Below are positions 26,906-36,281 of a stretch of 64,000 nt of DNA, piece by piece. Where the stretch lies: NCBI GenBank assembly GCA_964549105.1, contig CAZJTZ010000014.1, positions 13,681 through 77,680 of the forward strand, in the 5' to 3' direction. Numbering within the stretch: the stretch's first letter is position 1; the number at the start of each line of letters is the position of its first letter. The notes under the pieces are model-generated. The model had not been told where the DNA came from, did no database searches, and saw nothing but the letters and a program-made list of their open reading frames with translations. This DNA comes from an uncultured Nitrospirales bacterium (lineage in GTDB: Bacteria > Hydrogenedentota > Hydrogenedentia > Hydrogenedentales > Hydrogenedentaceae). The position numbers and the translations under genes are program-made.

Positions 26906-28141
26906 CTACACTAATAGTTTTTGAATTTCTGTTTCCTTATCTTCGGGTAAGGAAATAATCTCGTTAAGAATATGTGCAACTTTGTTGGGGTTTGTTTGCA
27001 CAAGAGTATAAAGAAGTCTTAAAACCAATTGTTGAGTTATTTTTGGTGCATCGTTCAATTCACGAATCATTTGAAAAAGATGTGTAGCATATACTTCAAA
27101 AATTTTTATCGAAATATTATTTTCTGGATTAGAAAGTTCCTCAGGGTCTATAGGATAGACTTCCTCGTCTTTCCATTCTTGTATCATAACTTGAGATTTT
27201 TCTGCCTCGCGAAGGATAAAATGTTCACGAAGTTTTTTCTTACATAACTGAGTTAAAAAGCGAACATCTTCGCAAAGTTCATCTATCTGTAGCAATCCCT
27301 GTTGGTCTAACAGTTTTATATATTGAGACTTGAAATAGGCGGTATAACTAAAGCCTCGAAAATGCAACCGTGGAAAAGGAATGAACCTTGTAAATCCATT
27401 CTCATCACAAAAGAAAAGCCCTCTTCTTCCGGAAGTGTTCCATTCAACAATAGTTAATGTGGCATTAATATTTTGTCCACTGGGGACAACAATTTTATCT
27501 AATGAATATTCGTATTGATTCCGTTGCACATTTTGTGGGTCAATATTTATCCCATCATAGATAACTTTTACATTTGGATACTGCATCAAGTAAGGAGCAA
27601 AAATATCTGTTATTTCTTCAATCGCAAGATTCCCCCGGATAATATTTGCATTATTGTTTGGCAGTGCGATGCGAACATACATGCCCGATGTGGTTTCTTG
27701 AACAGGTTCTGGCTCAGAAATCTCAAAGATAGATAGGTTTTCTATATCACCTTTTATACAGAAAAAGTGATAAGCATTCTTTTCAAAATAAGTGCTTTTC
27801 CATGTTACTTGGTTGCCTAAAGAAAAGGCACGAAAACGGCCCTTTCCATATCTACCATGCAATATTCTTTTCTCGTTTGGTGTAACATTTTCGTCTTTTT
27901 TCCACGAGCCTCCCAGATTACCAAAAGATATTAAAGCATCTTCAAATTTCAAACCATGTCCATCGTCAATAATATCAATATAATCTAATCCCCCTAACTC
28001 ATTTTCAACAAACCGAACATGAACCTGTTGTGCTTCTGCATCCAGAGCATTCCAGATAAGTTCAACAATTGCATTTAAAGGCCGGGTTTTACCGATAGTT
28101 TCAAGATGGTCATCTTTGACCTGAATATGTATAGTTCGCAT
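26906..28141 (-). CDS. GHKL (Bergerat-fold, HATPase_c_3-like) ATP-binding protein
   Basis: 411 aa. N-box AIVELIWNALDAEA, G1 box IDIIDDGHGL, G2 region HGRYGKGRFRAFSLG. The C-terminal ~230 aa has no domain I recognise. Ends with TAG. Confidence 0.75.
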   Translation of the reverse strand: MRTIHIQVKDDHLETIGKTRPLNAIVELIWNALDAEAQQVHVRFVENELGGLDYIDIIDDGHGLKFEDALISFGNLGGSWKKDENVTPNEKRILHGRYGKGRFRAFSLGNQVTWKSTYFEKNAYHFFCIKGDIENLSIFEISEPEPVQETTSGMYVRIALPNNNANIIRGNLAIEEITDIFAPYLMQYPNVKVIYDGINIDPQNVQRNQYEYSLDKIVVPSGQNINATLTIVEWNTSGRRGLFFCDENGFTRFIPFPRLHFRGFSYTAYFKSQYIKLLDQQGLLQIDELCEDVRFLTQLCKKKLREHFILREAEKSQVMIQEWKDEEVYPIDPEELSNPENNISIKIFEVYATHLFQMIRELNDAPKITQQLVLRLLYTLVQTNPNKVAHILNEIISLPEDKETEIQKLLV

Positions 28142-28452
28142 TTCTTACCCTTATTTTTTTGTTTCCTCCATTATTTTAATAAAAACGATATATGTAAATA
28201 AATTTCCATTATTAAAAATGTTAATAGACATACAAAAGATATATTTTGTGCGTTGTTATTATACATAATCACCAAATGGAATTCTGGTATTTTTTTAGAT
28301 TCGAAAATTTTTTCTCTGGGAAGGTCTAATAAATTAGGAATAATCTGAAAAGTATAAGCAAAAGATTTTTTTGTTTGTCCATCAAATAAGTCAACTACTG
28401 AACTTATAGCATCAAACTGTCTAACCTGGGGTCAAATTTTAGTTTTAATATT

Positions 28453-29502
28453 TTATTGTTCTAATCCTTTTTTTGCAAATAGAATTGCTTTGCGTAATTC
28501 TTCAGCAAATAATTCTTTGGGCGGTAATTGAGTCAAGTATCCTGAAACCTTTATCCTATCTTTTGGTAAGAATAACAGTTCTATCTGCTCTTTACCTTTT
28601 TCTGTGCAAAGAATGATACCTACGGGTAGATTCTCATCCTTCTCCATTTCATATTTCTCTAAATATCTCAGATATAACTCCATCTGCCCCTTGTATTCTG
28701 CCCTGAATTTGTCCAGTTTTAAATCTATCACTACAAAACATCTCAATTTTCTATGGTAGAAAACCAGATCCATGTAGTAATCAATATTATCAAGCGTAAT
28801 CCTCTTCTGTCTTGCCACAAAATAAAAATCTTTACCCAATTCAAGGATAAATTTTTCGAGTGCATTCAATATGCTGCTTTCCAAGTCCTTTTCGTTATAA
28901 GTATCTGCAAGTTCCAAAAAATCGAGGACATACGGGTCTCTAAACACCAATTCAGGAGTCATTTTATCCTCTTCTTTCAATTCTTTCAATTGCATTTCAA
29001 TAGTTTTATCAGGTAGTTTTGACAATGCAGTTCTTTCGTATAGCATAGTGCCTATTCTGTTCTCAAGGGTTCTTGTGCTCCAGCGTTCCTTTTGACATAA
29101 GGTTGCATAAAATTCGCGTTTCAGGTTATCCTCAATATAAATGATAGATTTAATATGTGTCCAGGACAATCCCTGTAATTCTCTCTGCACTGCGGAGAGA
29201 ATTGGGTAGGTATCATAAAACTTGACCATGTGCCATAAACTTTGTTCTGAAAATCCTTTCCCATATCTTTGAGTCAATTGTATAGTCAGGGATTGGACTA
29301 TTTGTTTTCCATACTATGCCCTTTTGGATTCCATTATCTCTTCTTTAATTGTCTTGCCAATATTCCAGTAGAGTAAGACTATTTCCTGATTGATAGTGGT
29401 AGCGACTTTCCTTCTCGCTTCCTCAATCAAGCCAGCAATCTTATCAAAAACCTGCACTGAATCTGTTTCTGTGAGTCCTTTATTCTTTTCAATCTTTCTC
29501 AT
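28453..29502 (-). pseudogene. DUF1016 (YhcG-like) PD-(D/E)xK nuclease gene interrupted by one in-frame TAG
   Basis: Track ORFs 29314..29712 and 28453..29277 are in the same frame. The read-through translation is ...NQEIVLLYWNIGKTIKEEIMESKRA*YGKQIVQSLTIQLTQRYGKGFSEQSLWHMVKFYD..., one continuous DUF1016 N-terminus with TAG at 29314-29316. The likely true start is ATG 29502 (MRKIEKNKGL). The C-terminal nuclease core DLVFYHRKLRCFVVIDLKLDKF is intact. Confidence 0.75.
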
Positions 29503-29964
29503 ACTTATATTACCTTTAATCTTACAAAAACAATTTGAAACAACTATATATAAATAGCTATTGGTTTTGCATGCAAATTTGTCAAAAATGGACTTTTGGG
29601 TCAGCCCTATATAAATGGGTTCTACTAAGGATATTATTTGTTTGCTGATGTATGGTTTTTGAGTCGTATGCAATACGCCCCTACATTTCTGAAACTTTTT
29701 AGTCAGTCGCAAAAACGATTAAAATATGAAGGCTAATTGCATCTTTAAAAACACAAATAGGAATGTTTGTCCTACATAAGAATATAAAACAAATATTTTG
29801 TTTCTCTTTTTGGCTTTATTTGTGTCTTGCCTGGCGATAAATTCTTTAATTAAAACTTGATTTTTATTAAAACCTCGTAGTTTATTTTTTTTAACTCAAA
29901 AAAACCAGATGTTAGTTTTTGCTATTCTTTTGTTTCAAAAAAGAATAAATTTTCAGGGGTTTTG

Positions 29965-31287
29965 TTAAGATAATTTTCTATGGTCAATGACTCTGCATGA
30001 TTTTCCTGTGGAGCGTTCCAGTGCATTTGGAGGGAGTAATTCAACATTTATGTGAAGTCCAGTAATCTCATTGATTTTGCGGATGACACGGTCTCTTAGT
30101 AGTTGCATCTCGCTCATTTTATCGGAAATGAATCCCGGTTGAATTTCTACTTTTACAGATATTTCATCCATAGTGTTGGGTCTTGTTACTTCAATAAGAT
30201 AATGAGGAGCTATTCCGGGCACTTGTAATATGGCTTCTTCAATTTGAGATGGGAATACATTTACTCCACGAATAATAAGCATGTCATCTGACCTACCCTT
30301 TACACGGGACATGCGTATAGTTGTTCTGCCACAAGGGCAGGGAGTGGTGTCCAGTCGAGCCAGATCGCGTGTCCGATAGCGAATAACAGGGAAGGCTTCT
30401 TTGGTCAAACTTGTAAATACCAGTTCACCATATTCTCCTTCTTCTACGGGTTCGAGGGTAGTAGGGTTAAGGCATTCAACGATAAAATGGTCTTCCTGAA
30501 TGTGCATGCCGTCTTGCAGATAGCACTCGCCACTAACACCGGGACCCATGACTTCACTTAAACCATAGTTATTGAAAGCCATAATTCCCAGTTGCTCTTC
30601 AATCTTCTTGCGCATGTCTTCTGTCCATACTTCTGCGCCAAAGTGCCCATATTTCAAGGGTAACTTTGCTGACTCAATACCTGACTGCATTGCAAAATCA
30701 GCGATATTCAGTGCATAACTGGGTGTACATATAAGGACATCAGGACATAGGTCTTGCATAAGCAAAATCTGTCGTGCTGTATTTCCAGAGGCAGCAGGAA
30801 TAATTGTTGCACCTACCTTTTCTACCCCATAATGCAGTCCAAAACCACCTGTAAATAAGCCATACCCAAAGGATATTTGAGCAACATGTTCTTTTCTGAG
30901 GCCACCTGAAACAAGAAAACGGGCACATAGATTTGCCCAGGTATCCAGGTCCTTCCGGGTGTATGCAACTAATATAGGTTTTCCTGTGGTTCCCGAAGAG
31001 CCATGAATCCTTGCAAGTTCACTTCGTGGGACAGCAAGCAGTCCAAGCGGATAGTTTTGTCTTAAATCATCTTTTACAGTGAAAGGCAACCGTTTTAAGT
31101 CGTCAAGTGATTTAATATCTTCTGGTTTTACCTTTAATTTTTGGAAGGCTTCTTTGTAGAAAGGAACTGTGTTATATACTTTATCCACTGTATTTTTGAG
31201 TCGTTCTAATTGCAATACCTTTCGTTCTTTGGTGTCCATCACCTCTTCTTTTTCCCAGAAAACATTTTCGAACGGAATAGACTTCAT
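29965..31287 (-). CDS. paaK: phenylacetate-CoA ligase family adenylate-forming enzyme
   Basis: 440 aa. Family-typical stretches: IHGSSGTTGKPILVAYTRKDLDTW, YGLFTGGFGLHYG, FNNYGLSEVMGPGVSGEC, YRTRD, CPCGRT, and RSDDMLIIRGVNVFPSQIEEA. Confidence 0.88.
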   Translation of the reverse strand: MKSIPFENVFWEKEEVMDTKERKVLQLERLKNTVDKVYNTVPFYKEAFQKLKVKPEDIKSLDDLKRLPFTVKDDLRQNYPLGLLAVPRSELARIHGSSGTTGKPILVAYTRKDLDTWANLCARFLVSGGLRKEHVAQISFGYGLFTGGFGLHYGVEKVGATIIPAASGNTARQILLMQDLCPDVLICTPSYALNIADFAMQSGIESAKLPLKYGHFGAEVWTEDMRKKIEEQLGIMAFNNYGLSEVMGPGVSGECYLQDGMHIQEDHFIVECLNPTTLEPVEEGEYGELVFTSLTKEAFPVIRYRTRDLARLDTTPCPCGRTTIRMSRVKGRSDDMLIIRGVNVFPSQIEEAILQVPGIAPHYLIEVTRPNTMDEISVKVEIQPGFISDKMSEMQLLRDRVIRKINEITGLHINVELLPPNALERSTGKSCRVIDHRKLS

Positions 31288-31302
31288 AATCCTTTACCTT
31301 TA

Positions 31303-31743
31303 TTACTGGCTGGCTTTATCATATAACTGAACACTATCCAGCACATTAATTCCTTTTTGTTGTAATATTTGAATAGCCAGGTCGGGTTGGTCAAATCTAA
31401 AAACGATGACTGCTTTATCGCCACTTCGAAAAGTAAAAGCATATATATACTCAATGTTCAGTCCTGTTTCCTCAATGGCTTCAAGAATTTTTGTAAGTCC
31501 ACCGGGTTTGTCTTCAACCTCTATGGCTACAACCTCTGTAACATTTACTATGAATCCTTCCTGTTCCAGAACTTCTTTGGCTTTCTGCCATTCTTTGATA
31601 ATTAATCGTAAGATACCGAACTGTTGAGTATCTGCAAGGGATAGGGTAAGTATATTTATGTTATTTTTTGCTAAAACCCTGCACGGTTCAATAATTCTGC
31701 CTGGTTTGTTTTCCAAAAACATTGAAATTTGTTGTATCTTCAT
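31303..31743 (-). CDS. ACT-domain protein (two ACT modules)
   Basis: 146 aa. MKIQQISMFLENKPGRI... and VVAIEVEDKPGGLTKILEAI... are two ACT-type beta-alpha-beta starts. It sits between the two PaaK paralogues. Confidence 0.75.
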   Translation of the reverse strand: MKIQQISMFLENKPGRIIEPCRVLAKNNINILTLSLADTQQFGILRLIIKEWQKAKEVLEQEGFIVNVTEVVAIEVEDKPGGLTKILEAIEETGLNIEYIYAFTFRSGDKAVIVFRFDQPDLAIQILQQKGINVLDSVQLYDKASQ

Positions 31744-31796
31744 ATTCCTATCCTTATTATTAGGTTGATTAAATAACTGACATTATTATAATTATA

Positions 31797-33128
31797 TTAT
31801 ATTTGCCTCAAATCTATAACTCGTTTTGCTTTCCCTTCACTACGGGGAATAGAATTGGGTTCAACTAAACGGACATCAGCGCGGATATTAATAATTCTTT
31901 CAATGGATTCGGTAAGTTCTTTTTGCAATTTTTCTAACTTACTGACGCGGTCGCTAAACATTTCCCGGGTAACCTCAATCTGGATTTCCATCTGGTCTAA
32001 ACCATGTTCGCGAGTCAACTTAATTTGATAGTGGGGGGATGACCCTTCAATGGCAAGTAGTGCCGCCTCAATCTGACCTGGGAATACATTTACACCACGA
32101 ATAATAAACATATCATCACTTCTACGGGCAATTTTCTTCATTTTTCGTATCGTTCTTCCACAGGAACAAGGTTCAGAATAAAAAGCGGTTATATCCCGTG
32201 TGCGATAACGAATCATAGGCATTGCTCTCTTACTTAAAGTTGTTAAAACAAGTTCACCTTCTTCTCCCTCAGAAACAGGTTCTAATGTATCAGGGTTGAT
32301 AATTTCAGGATAAAAATGGTCTTCCATAATATGTAATCCCTGTTGTGCAAAGCATTCAATTGCTATCCCCGGACCTGAAATTTCAGAAAGCCCATATACA
32401 TCATAAGCCTTTATATTTGCTTCTCGTTCAATGTATTGACGCATGGCTTCGCTCCATGGTTCTGCACCAAAAACACCAATTTTAAGGGGAAAAGGTTTCA
32501 GGTCAATTCCTGTTTCGTGTGCTCGGTCAATGATATGAACGAAATAACTGGGAGTGCAAGTAACCACAGTAACATTGAAGTCCTTCATAATCATAATCTG
32601 GCGGTCTGTGTTGCCCCCAGAAATAGGAATAACCGTTGCTCCTAATGCTTCTCCTCCATAGTGAAAACCTAAACCTCCTGTGAATAAGCCATAACCATAC
32701 GCATTTTGAATAATATCACCACGGTCAACTCCGCAGGCTGCTAAACTTCTAACTACAGCATTGCTCCAAACATCTACATCTTCTTTTGTATATGCTGCTA
32801 CAATCGGTTTACCTGTGGTTCCACTGGACGCATGTAATCGAACAATTTCACTCATTGGACTGGCAAAAAGCCCAAAGGGATAGGTGTCCCTGAGGTCTGC
32901 TTTTATTGTGAATGGAAGTAGTCTAATGTCATTCAAGGAACGAATATGCTCTGGCTTGACTCCCTCCTTATCCATTCGTTCTCTGTAAAGAGGGACATTC
33001 TCATAAGCCCTCTTAACCATAGTTTGCAAGCGATGAAGTTGCATTGTTTCTAGTAAACCACTGGGTAGATAGTCTACAGAACTTACAGGATTAAATTTAC
33101 TACCTCCATCATGCCAAAAAAAATTCAT
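31797..33128 (-). CDS. paaK: phenylacetate-CoA ligase family adenylate-forming enzyme (second paralogue)
   Basis: Track ORF 31797..33218 trimmed to ATG 33128 (MNFFWHDGGSKF), preceded by AAGGAAGGA. Family-typical stretches: LHASSGTTGKPIVAAYTKEDVDVW, YGLFTGGLGFHYG, YRTRD, CSCGRT, and RSDDMFIIRGVNVFPGQIEAA. Confidence 0.88.
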   Translation of the reverse strand: MNFFWHDGGSKFNPVSSVDYLPSGLLETMQLHRLQTMVKRAYENVPLYRERMDKEGVKPEHIRSLNDIRLLPFTIKADLRDTYPFGLFASPMSEIVRLHASSGTTGKPIVAAYTKEDVDVWSNAVVRSLAACGVDRGDIIQNAYGYGLFTGGLGFHYGGEALGATVIPISGGNTDRQIMIMKDFNVTVVTCTPSYFVHIIDRAHETGIDLKPFPLKIGVFGAEPWSEAMRQYIEREANIKAYDVYGLSEISGPGIAIECFAQQGLHIMEDHFYPEIINPDTLEPVSEGEEGELVLTTLSKRAMPMIRYRTRDITAFYSEPCSCGRTIRKMKKIARRSDDMFIIRGVNVFPGQIEAALLAIEGSSPHYQIKLTREHGLDQMEIQIEVTREMFSDRVSKLEKLQKELTESIERIINIRADVRLVEPNSIPRSEGKAKRVIDLRQI

Positions 33129-33242
33129 ACTACTAATCCTTCCTTGATTAAAATAAATGAAACTTTTTATTTGCAGAAAACATTCGATAGTATAATGTGA
33201 AAATAATTTCCTAATCAAAACGAAGAATTAAAGGACAATAAT

Positions 33243-35612
33243 ATGAGATTATGCCAAACAAACTTATTGTATTTGACGGTTGCTTTATTTCTAGTGTCTA
33301 TATTTATATCTATTACAGGTAAAACAGATAATAACCCTCGTTCTGTCGCTTCAGTATCAACAGATTTATATGAAGTGCATCTTTTCAAAAATGAAACAGT
33401 CAAAATCTTCTTTTCCGATGGAGTAGAGATTTTAACATTAGACCGTCCTGCTATCTTATATAGCGATTCGGATAAAAATGTTCCATTAAAATTTTCTGAT
33501 GTAAATTGGTATAAGGAGCCTATCTCAAATTCTTTAGGGGAAGGGATAGGTTTTTACATTCAAGGGAAAGGTGTATCCTGGGTTTTGGAAGTATACCCTG
33601 GTAAACCTTTTTTGACAGTAAGATTGCAATATAAAAACGACACAAAAAAAGAACAACAAATTAAGTCCCTAATCTCTTTGCAAGGGGTATTGAATCAATA
33701 TAGTGGAAAGGGTATAAATGGAAATTCTGTGATGTGTCTCGGGAATGGTAATATTTTTGAATCAATGATGGATTATCCTCAGTGGACAGACCATCTTGAC
33801 TTAAAAACCCAGTGGAATATGATGATGTATGATAAAGCAAAAAACCAATCTCTTTTAGCAGGTTTTCTTACTTTTGATAAAGGATTTAGTCGAGTAACCC
33901 TTGCAAAAGATGAGAAAAAAAAGATGGTTCACTTAACTGCCGAAAGTGTATTTGACCCACCTATAAAATTGTTGCCAGGTGAGTCTTTAGATGCAGAAGT
34001 TCTTTACTTGTCTCTTGGTGAACAAAGCCCCCATATTTGTTTAGAACGATATGGACGTGCCATATTTGTTCTAAACAAATTACAGAAACAAAGTTCTTTT
34101 TTACCTCACGGTTGGGATAGTTGGAGCACTGCACTATATAAAGATATAAATGAAGGGGCAATATTAGAAAATATTCAATTTGTAGATAAATATTTAAAAA
34201 GATTTGGTTGGAATCATTTAGCAATTGACGCAGGTTGGGAACGCGGTCCAGCAGATTGGGAGCCTAATCCTGAAAAGTTTCCCAATGGACTTAAACCTAT
34301 TGTAGAGGATTTGCATAGTCGAGGTATGACAGCAGGATTATGGATAGACCTGTTTACTGTTCCTGTAAACTCAAAACTTGCAAAAGAACATCCTGATTGG
34401 CTTGTTTCACCCGGAGCAAAAGGAAGATTGCTTTTGGGTGATGATAGGAAAATTTTAGATATTACAATTTCAGAAGCGTATGTTTATGCCCGGGATATGT
34501 GTAAAAAAATATCACAAGATTGGGGATTTGATGGCTTGGTAGAGGCTGATTTCGTTTATCATTTATTATTAGGTGAGGGGTATAAAGACGGAAACTTAAC
34601 AAAGGTTCAAGTTTTACGAAAAGGGTTAGAATCTATCCGCGAAGGTTTAGGAACTGATAAATTCTTGATGACAATGATTCCAATTCCTATTTCTGGAATA
34701 TATGCTGACGGTATTAGAATTGGTTTTGATAATAAACCATTATGGTCTTCTAATGCTATAACCGGGAATTGGGGTTGTGTCGAGTCATTGACCAACTTTG
34801 CAAGACGATACTACTTGTTCCCTAACTTAGGTGCGCCTGACCAGGATTGTGTGTTTTTAGGGCATAATGAGACGAACCAACGATGGAAGGTTTCAGAAGA
34901 GAATAAATTGACACAATCACAAGCAGTTGCATGGATTACAGGTGCAGCCTTAACGGGAGGTGTATTCAAAATAGGAGAGGAATTTAAAAAATTAACCCCT
35001 AATGAAATAAACCTATTACAAAAAGTAATTCCAAAAACTACACAACCCGCCTGTCCAATAGACCTGTTTGAAAATCCTCATCCACAAAAATGGTCATTGC
35101 CTTTATCAGGATCGGTCCTGAATGGCAATATCCTTGCAGTTTTTAACTGGGATTCTAAATCGTCTATAAAAGTTTCCGTTTTTTTGGAACAGTTAGGACT
35201 AAATGTCGGAAAACTATATGCTTTATATGATTTCTGGAATGAATCATTTGTCGGAGTTATTCAAAATGCTTTTGTTGTGGATTTGCCTCCTTCCTCCGTA
35301 TCTTTGTTTGGTATTCGTTGTTTAGAAAAAAAACCTATTTTTGTAGCATCAAACCATCATATCTCACAGGGGATAATGGATGTTTTGGAGTATAATTATT
35401 CTCCCGACGATAAAAAGATAACAGGTAAAATGAAGGTTATTGATGAAACAAATTACAAATTGACTTTCTATGACCCGGAAAAGAGAAAAATAAAATCCTG
35501 TGAGTTATCAGTGCCAGATATTTCCTATCAGGGAAAGGATGGTGTCTTTGTGCTCCAATTTGCAGTTCCAAAGGATACCCATGAAATAAGTTGGAATATC
35601 ATCTTAGAATGA
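33243..35612 (+). CDS. alpha-galactosidase-like glycoside hydrolase (clan GH-D, GH36/GH27-like TIM barrel)
   Basis: 789 aa with a signal-like N-terminus (LLYLTVALFLVSIFISITG). The central region HGWDSW...FGWNHLAIDAGWERGPADWEPNPEKFPNGLKPIVEDLHSRGMTAGLWIDLF...WGFDGLVEADF matches the melibiase core (DDGW-type motif, here DAGW). Confidence 0.6.
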   Translation: MRLCQTNLLYLTVALFLVSIFISITGKTDNNPRSVASVSTDLYEVHLFKNETVKIFFSDGVEILTLDRPAILYSDSDKNVPLKFSDVNWYKEPISNSLGEGIGFYIQGKGVSWVLEVYPGKPFLTVRLQYKNDTKKEQQIKSLISLQGVLNQYSGKGINGNSVMCLGNGNIFESMMDYPQWTDHLDLKTQWNMMMYDKAKNQSLLAGFLTFDKGFSRVTLAKDEKKKMVHLTAESVFDPPIKLLPGESLDAEVLYLSLGEQSPHICLERYGRAIFVLNKLQKQSSFLPHGWDSWSTALYKDINEGAILENIQFVDKYLKRFGWNHLAIDAGWERGPADWEPNPEKFPNGLKPIVEDLHSRGMTAGLWIDLFTVPVNSKLAKEHPDWLVSPGAKGRLLLGDDRKILDITISEAYVYARDMCKKISQDWGFDGLVEADFVYHLLLGEGYKDGNLTKVQVLRKGLESIREGLGTDKFLMTMIPIPISGIYADGIRIGFDNKPLWSSNAITGNWGCVESLTNFARRYYLFPNLGAPDQDCVFLGHNETNQRWKVSEENKLTQSQAVAWITGAALTGGVFKIGEEFKKLTPNEINLLQKVIPKTTQPACPIDLFENPHPQKWSLPLSGSVLNGNILAVFNWDSKSSIKVSVFLEQLGLNVGKLYALYDFWNESFVGVIQNAFVVDLPPSSVSLFGIRCLEKKPIFVASNHHISQGIMDVLEYNYSPDDKKITGKMKVIDETNYKLTFYDPEKRKIKSCELSVPDISYQGKDGVFVLQFAVPKDTHEISWNIILE

Positions 35613-35639
35613 AATATTTAATAGTAAGGGAAAAACAAT

Positions 35640-36281
35640 ATGTTTTTTAATTCCCAAAAATGGGTTAAAGAAAAAATAGACTTGTATTGTCAGAAATCAG
35701 AGGAATGTTTGAGATTAGGACTTCAAGTAGTTTCTGGATGTATTGGAAATACGGAGTATGAAAAGTGGCGAGAAACAACATTAGAAGTTCATAGAACAGA
35801 GAGCAACGCCGATGATTTGCGTCGAGAAATTGAGTATTTTATCTTTGCCCGTTCTTTATTTCCAGAGTCAAGAGGCGATATTTTGGGACTTCTTGAACGC
35901 TTTGACCAGATTCCTAACCAAATACAGACCACCGTCCGAATGATTGTGGAACAAAGAATAAATATCCCTCAAATTTTAGCGGATGAATTGGATTCAATTG
36001 CTTCTACAACTCAAAAATGTGTAGATGCACTAATAAAGGCAGTAAAACTCCTATTTTCCGATTTTCAAGGGGTTCTTGAAATTCTGGGTCAAATAGATGC
36101 TTATGAAAGTGAGATAGATAAGATTCAATCAAAAGCAATTATAAAAATATTTAACTCCGATTTAGGTGACTTTCAAAAAATTCTATTGCGTGATTTGGTG
36201 AATTCGATAAGTGATGTGAGTAATCATGCAGAAGAGGCAGGGGATTTTATGCGGATAATAATTGCAAAAAGGATGATGTGA
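35640..36281 (+). CDS. DUF47 / TIGR00153-family (PhoU-like) protein associated with the PiT transporter
   Basis: 213 aa, helical. ...HRTESNADDLRREIE... and ...SDVSNHAEEAGDFMRII... are the two PhoU-like repeat motifs. Overlaps the following PiT gene by 4 nt (ATGA), the usual pairing. Confidence 0.75.
   Translation: MFFNSQKWVKEKIDLYCQKSEECLRLGLQVVSGCIGNTEYEKWRETTLEVHRTESNADDLRREIEYFIFARSLFPESRGDILGLLERFDQIPNQIQTTVRMIVEQRINIPQILADELDSIASTTQKCVDALIKAVKLLFSDFQGVLEILGQIDAYESEIDKIQSKAIIKIFNSDLGDFQKILLRDLVNSISDVSNHAEEAGDFMRIIIAKRMM

Noticed and set aside
29314-29316. In-frame TAG in the DUF1016 gene as genetic-code recoding (pyrrolysine or sense reassignment)
   Set aside because: TAG terminates well-defined genes elsewhere in the window (HTH gene at 17070-17072, GHKL ATPase at 26906-26908). 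No pyl genes or PYLIS-like context are visible. A nonsense mutation or sequencing error is simpler.
29923-29947. 9-bp inverted repeat TATTCTTTT / AAAAGAATA downstream of paaK, as a Rho-independent terminator
   Set aside because: The stem is almost entirely A-T (one G-C pair). In the paaK (minus) orientation it is not followed by a U-tract. I consider it too weak to call.
33215-33403. 62-aa minus-strand ORF at the paaK / alpha-galactosidase divergent region
   Set aside because: It overlaps the signal-peptide-encoding start of the 789-aa glycosidase ORF and lies upstream of the RBS-supported paaK start at 33128. Likely spurious.
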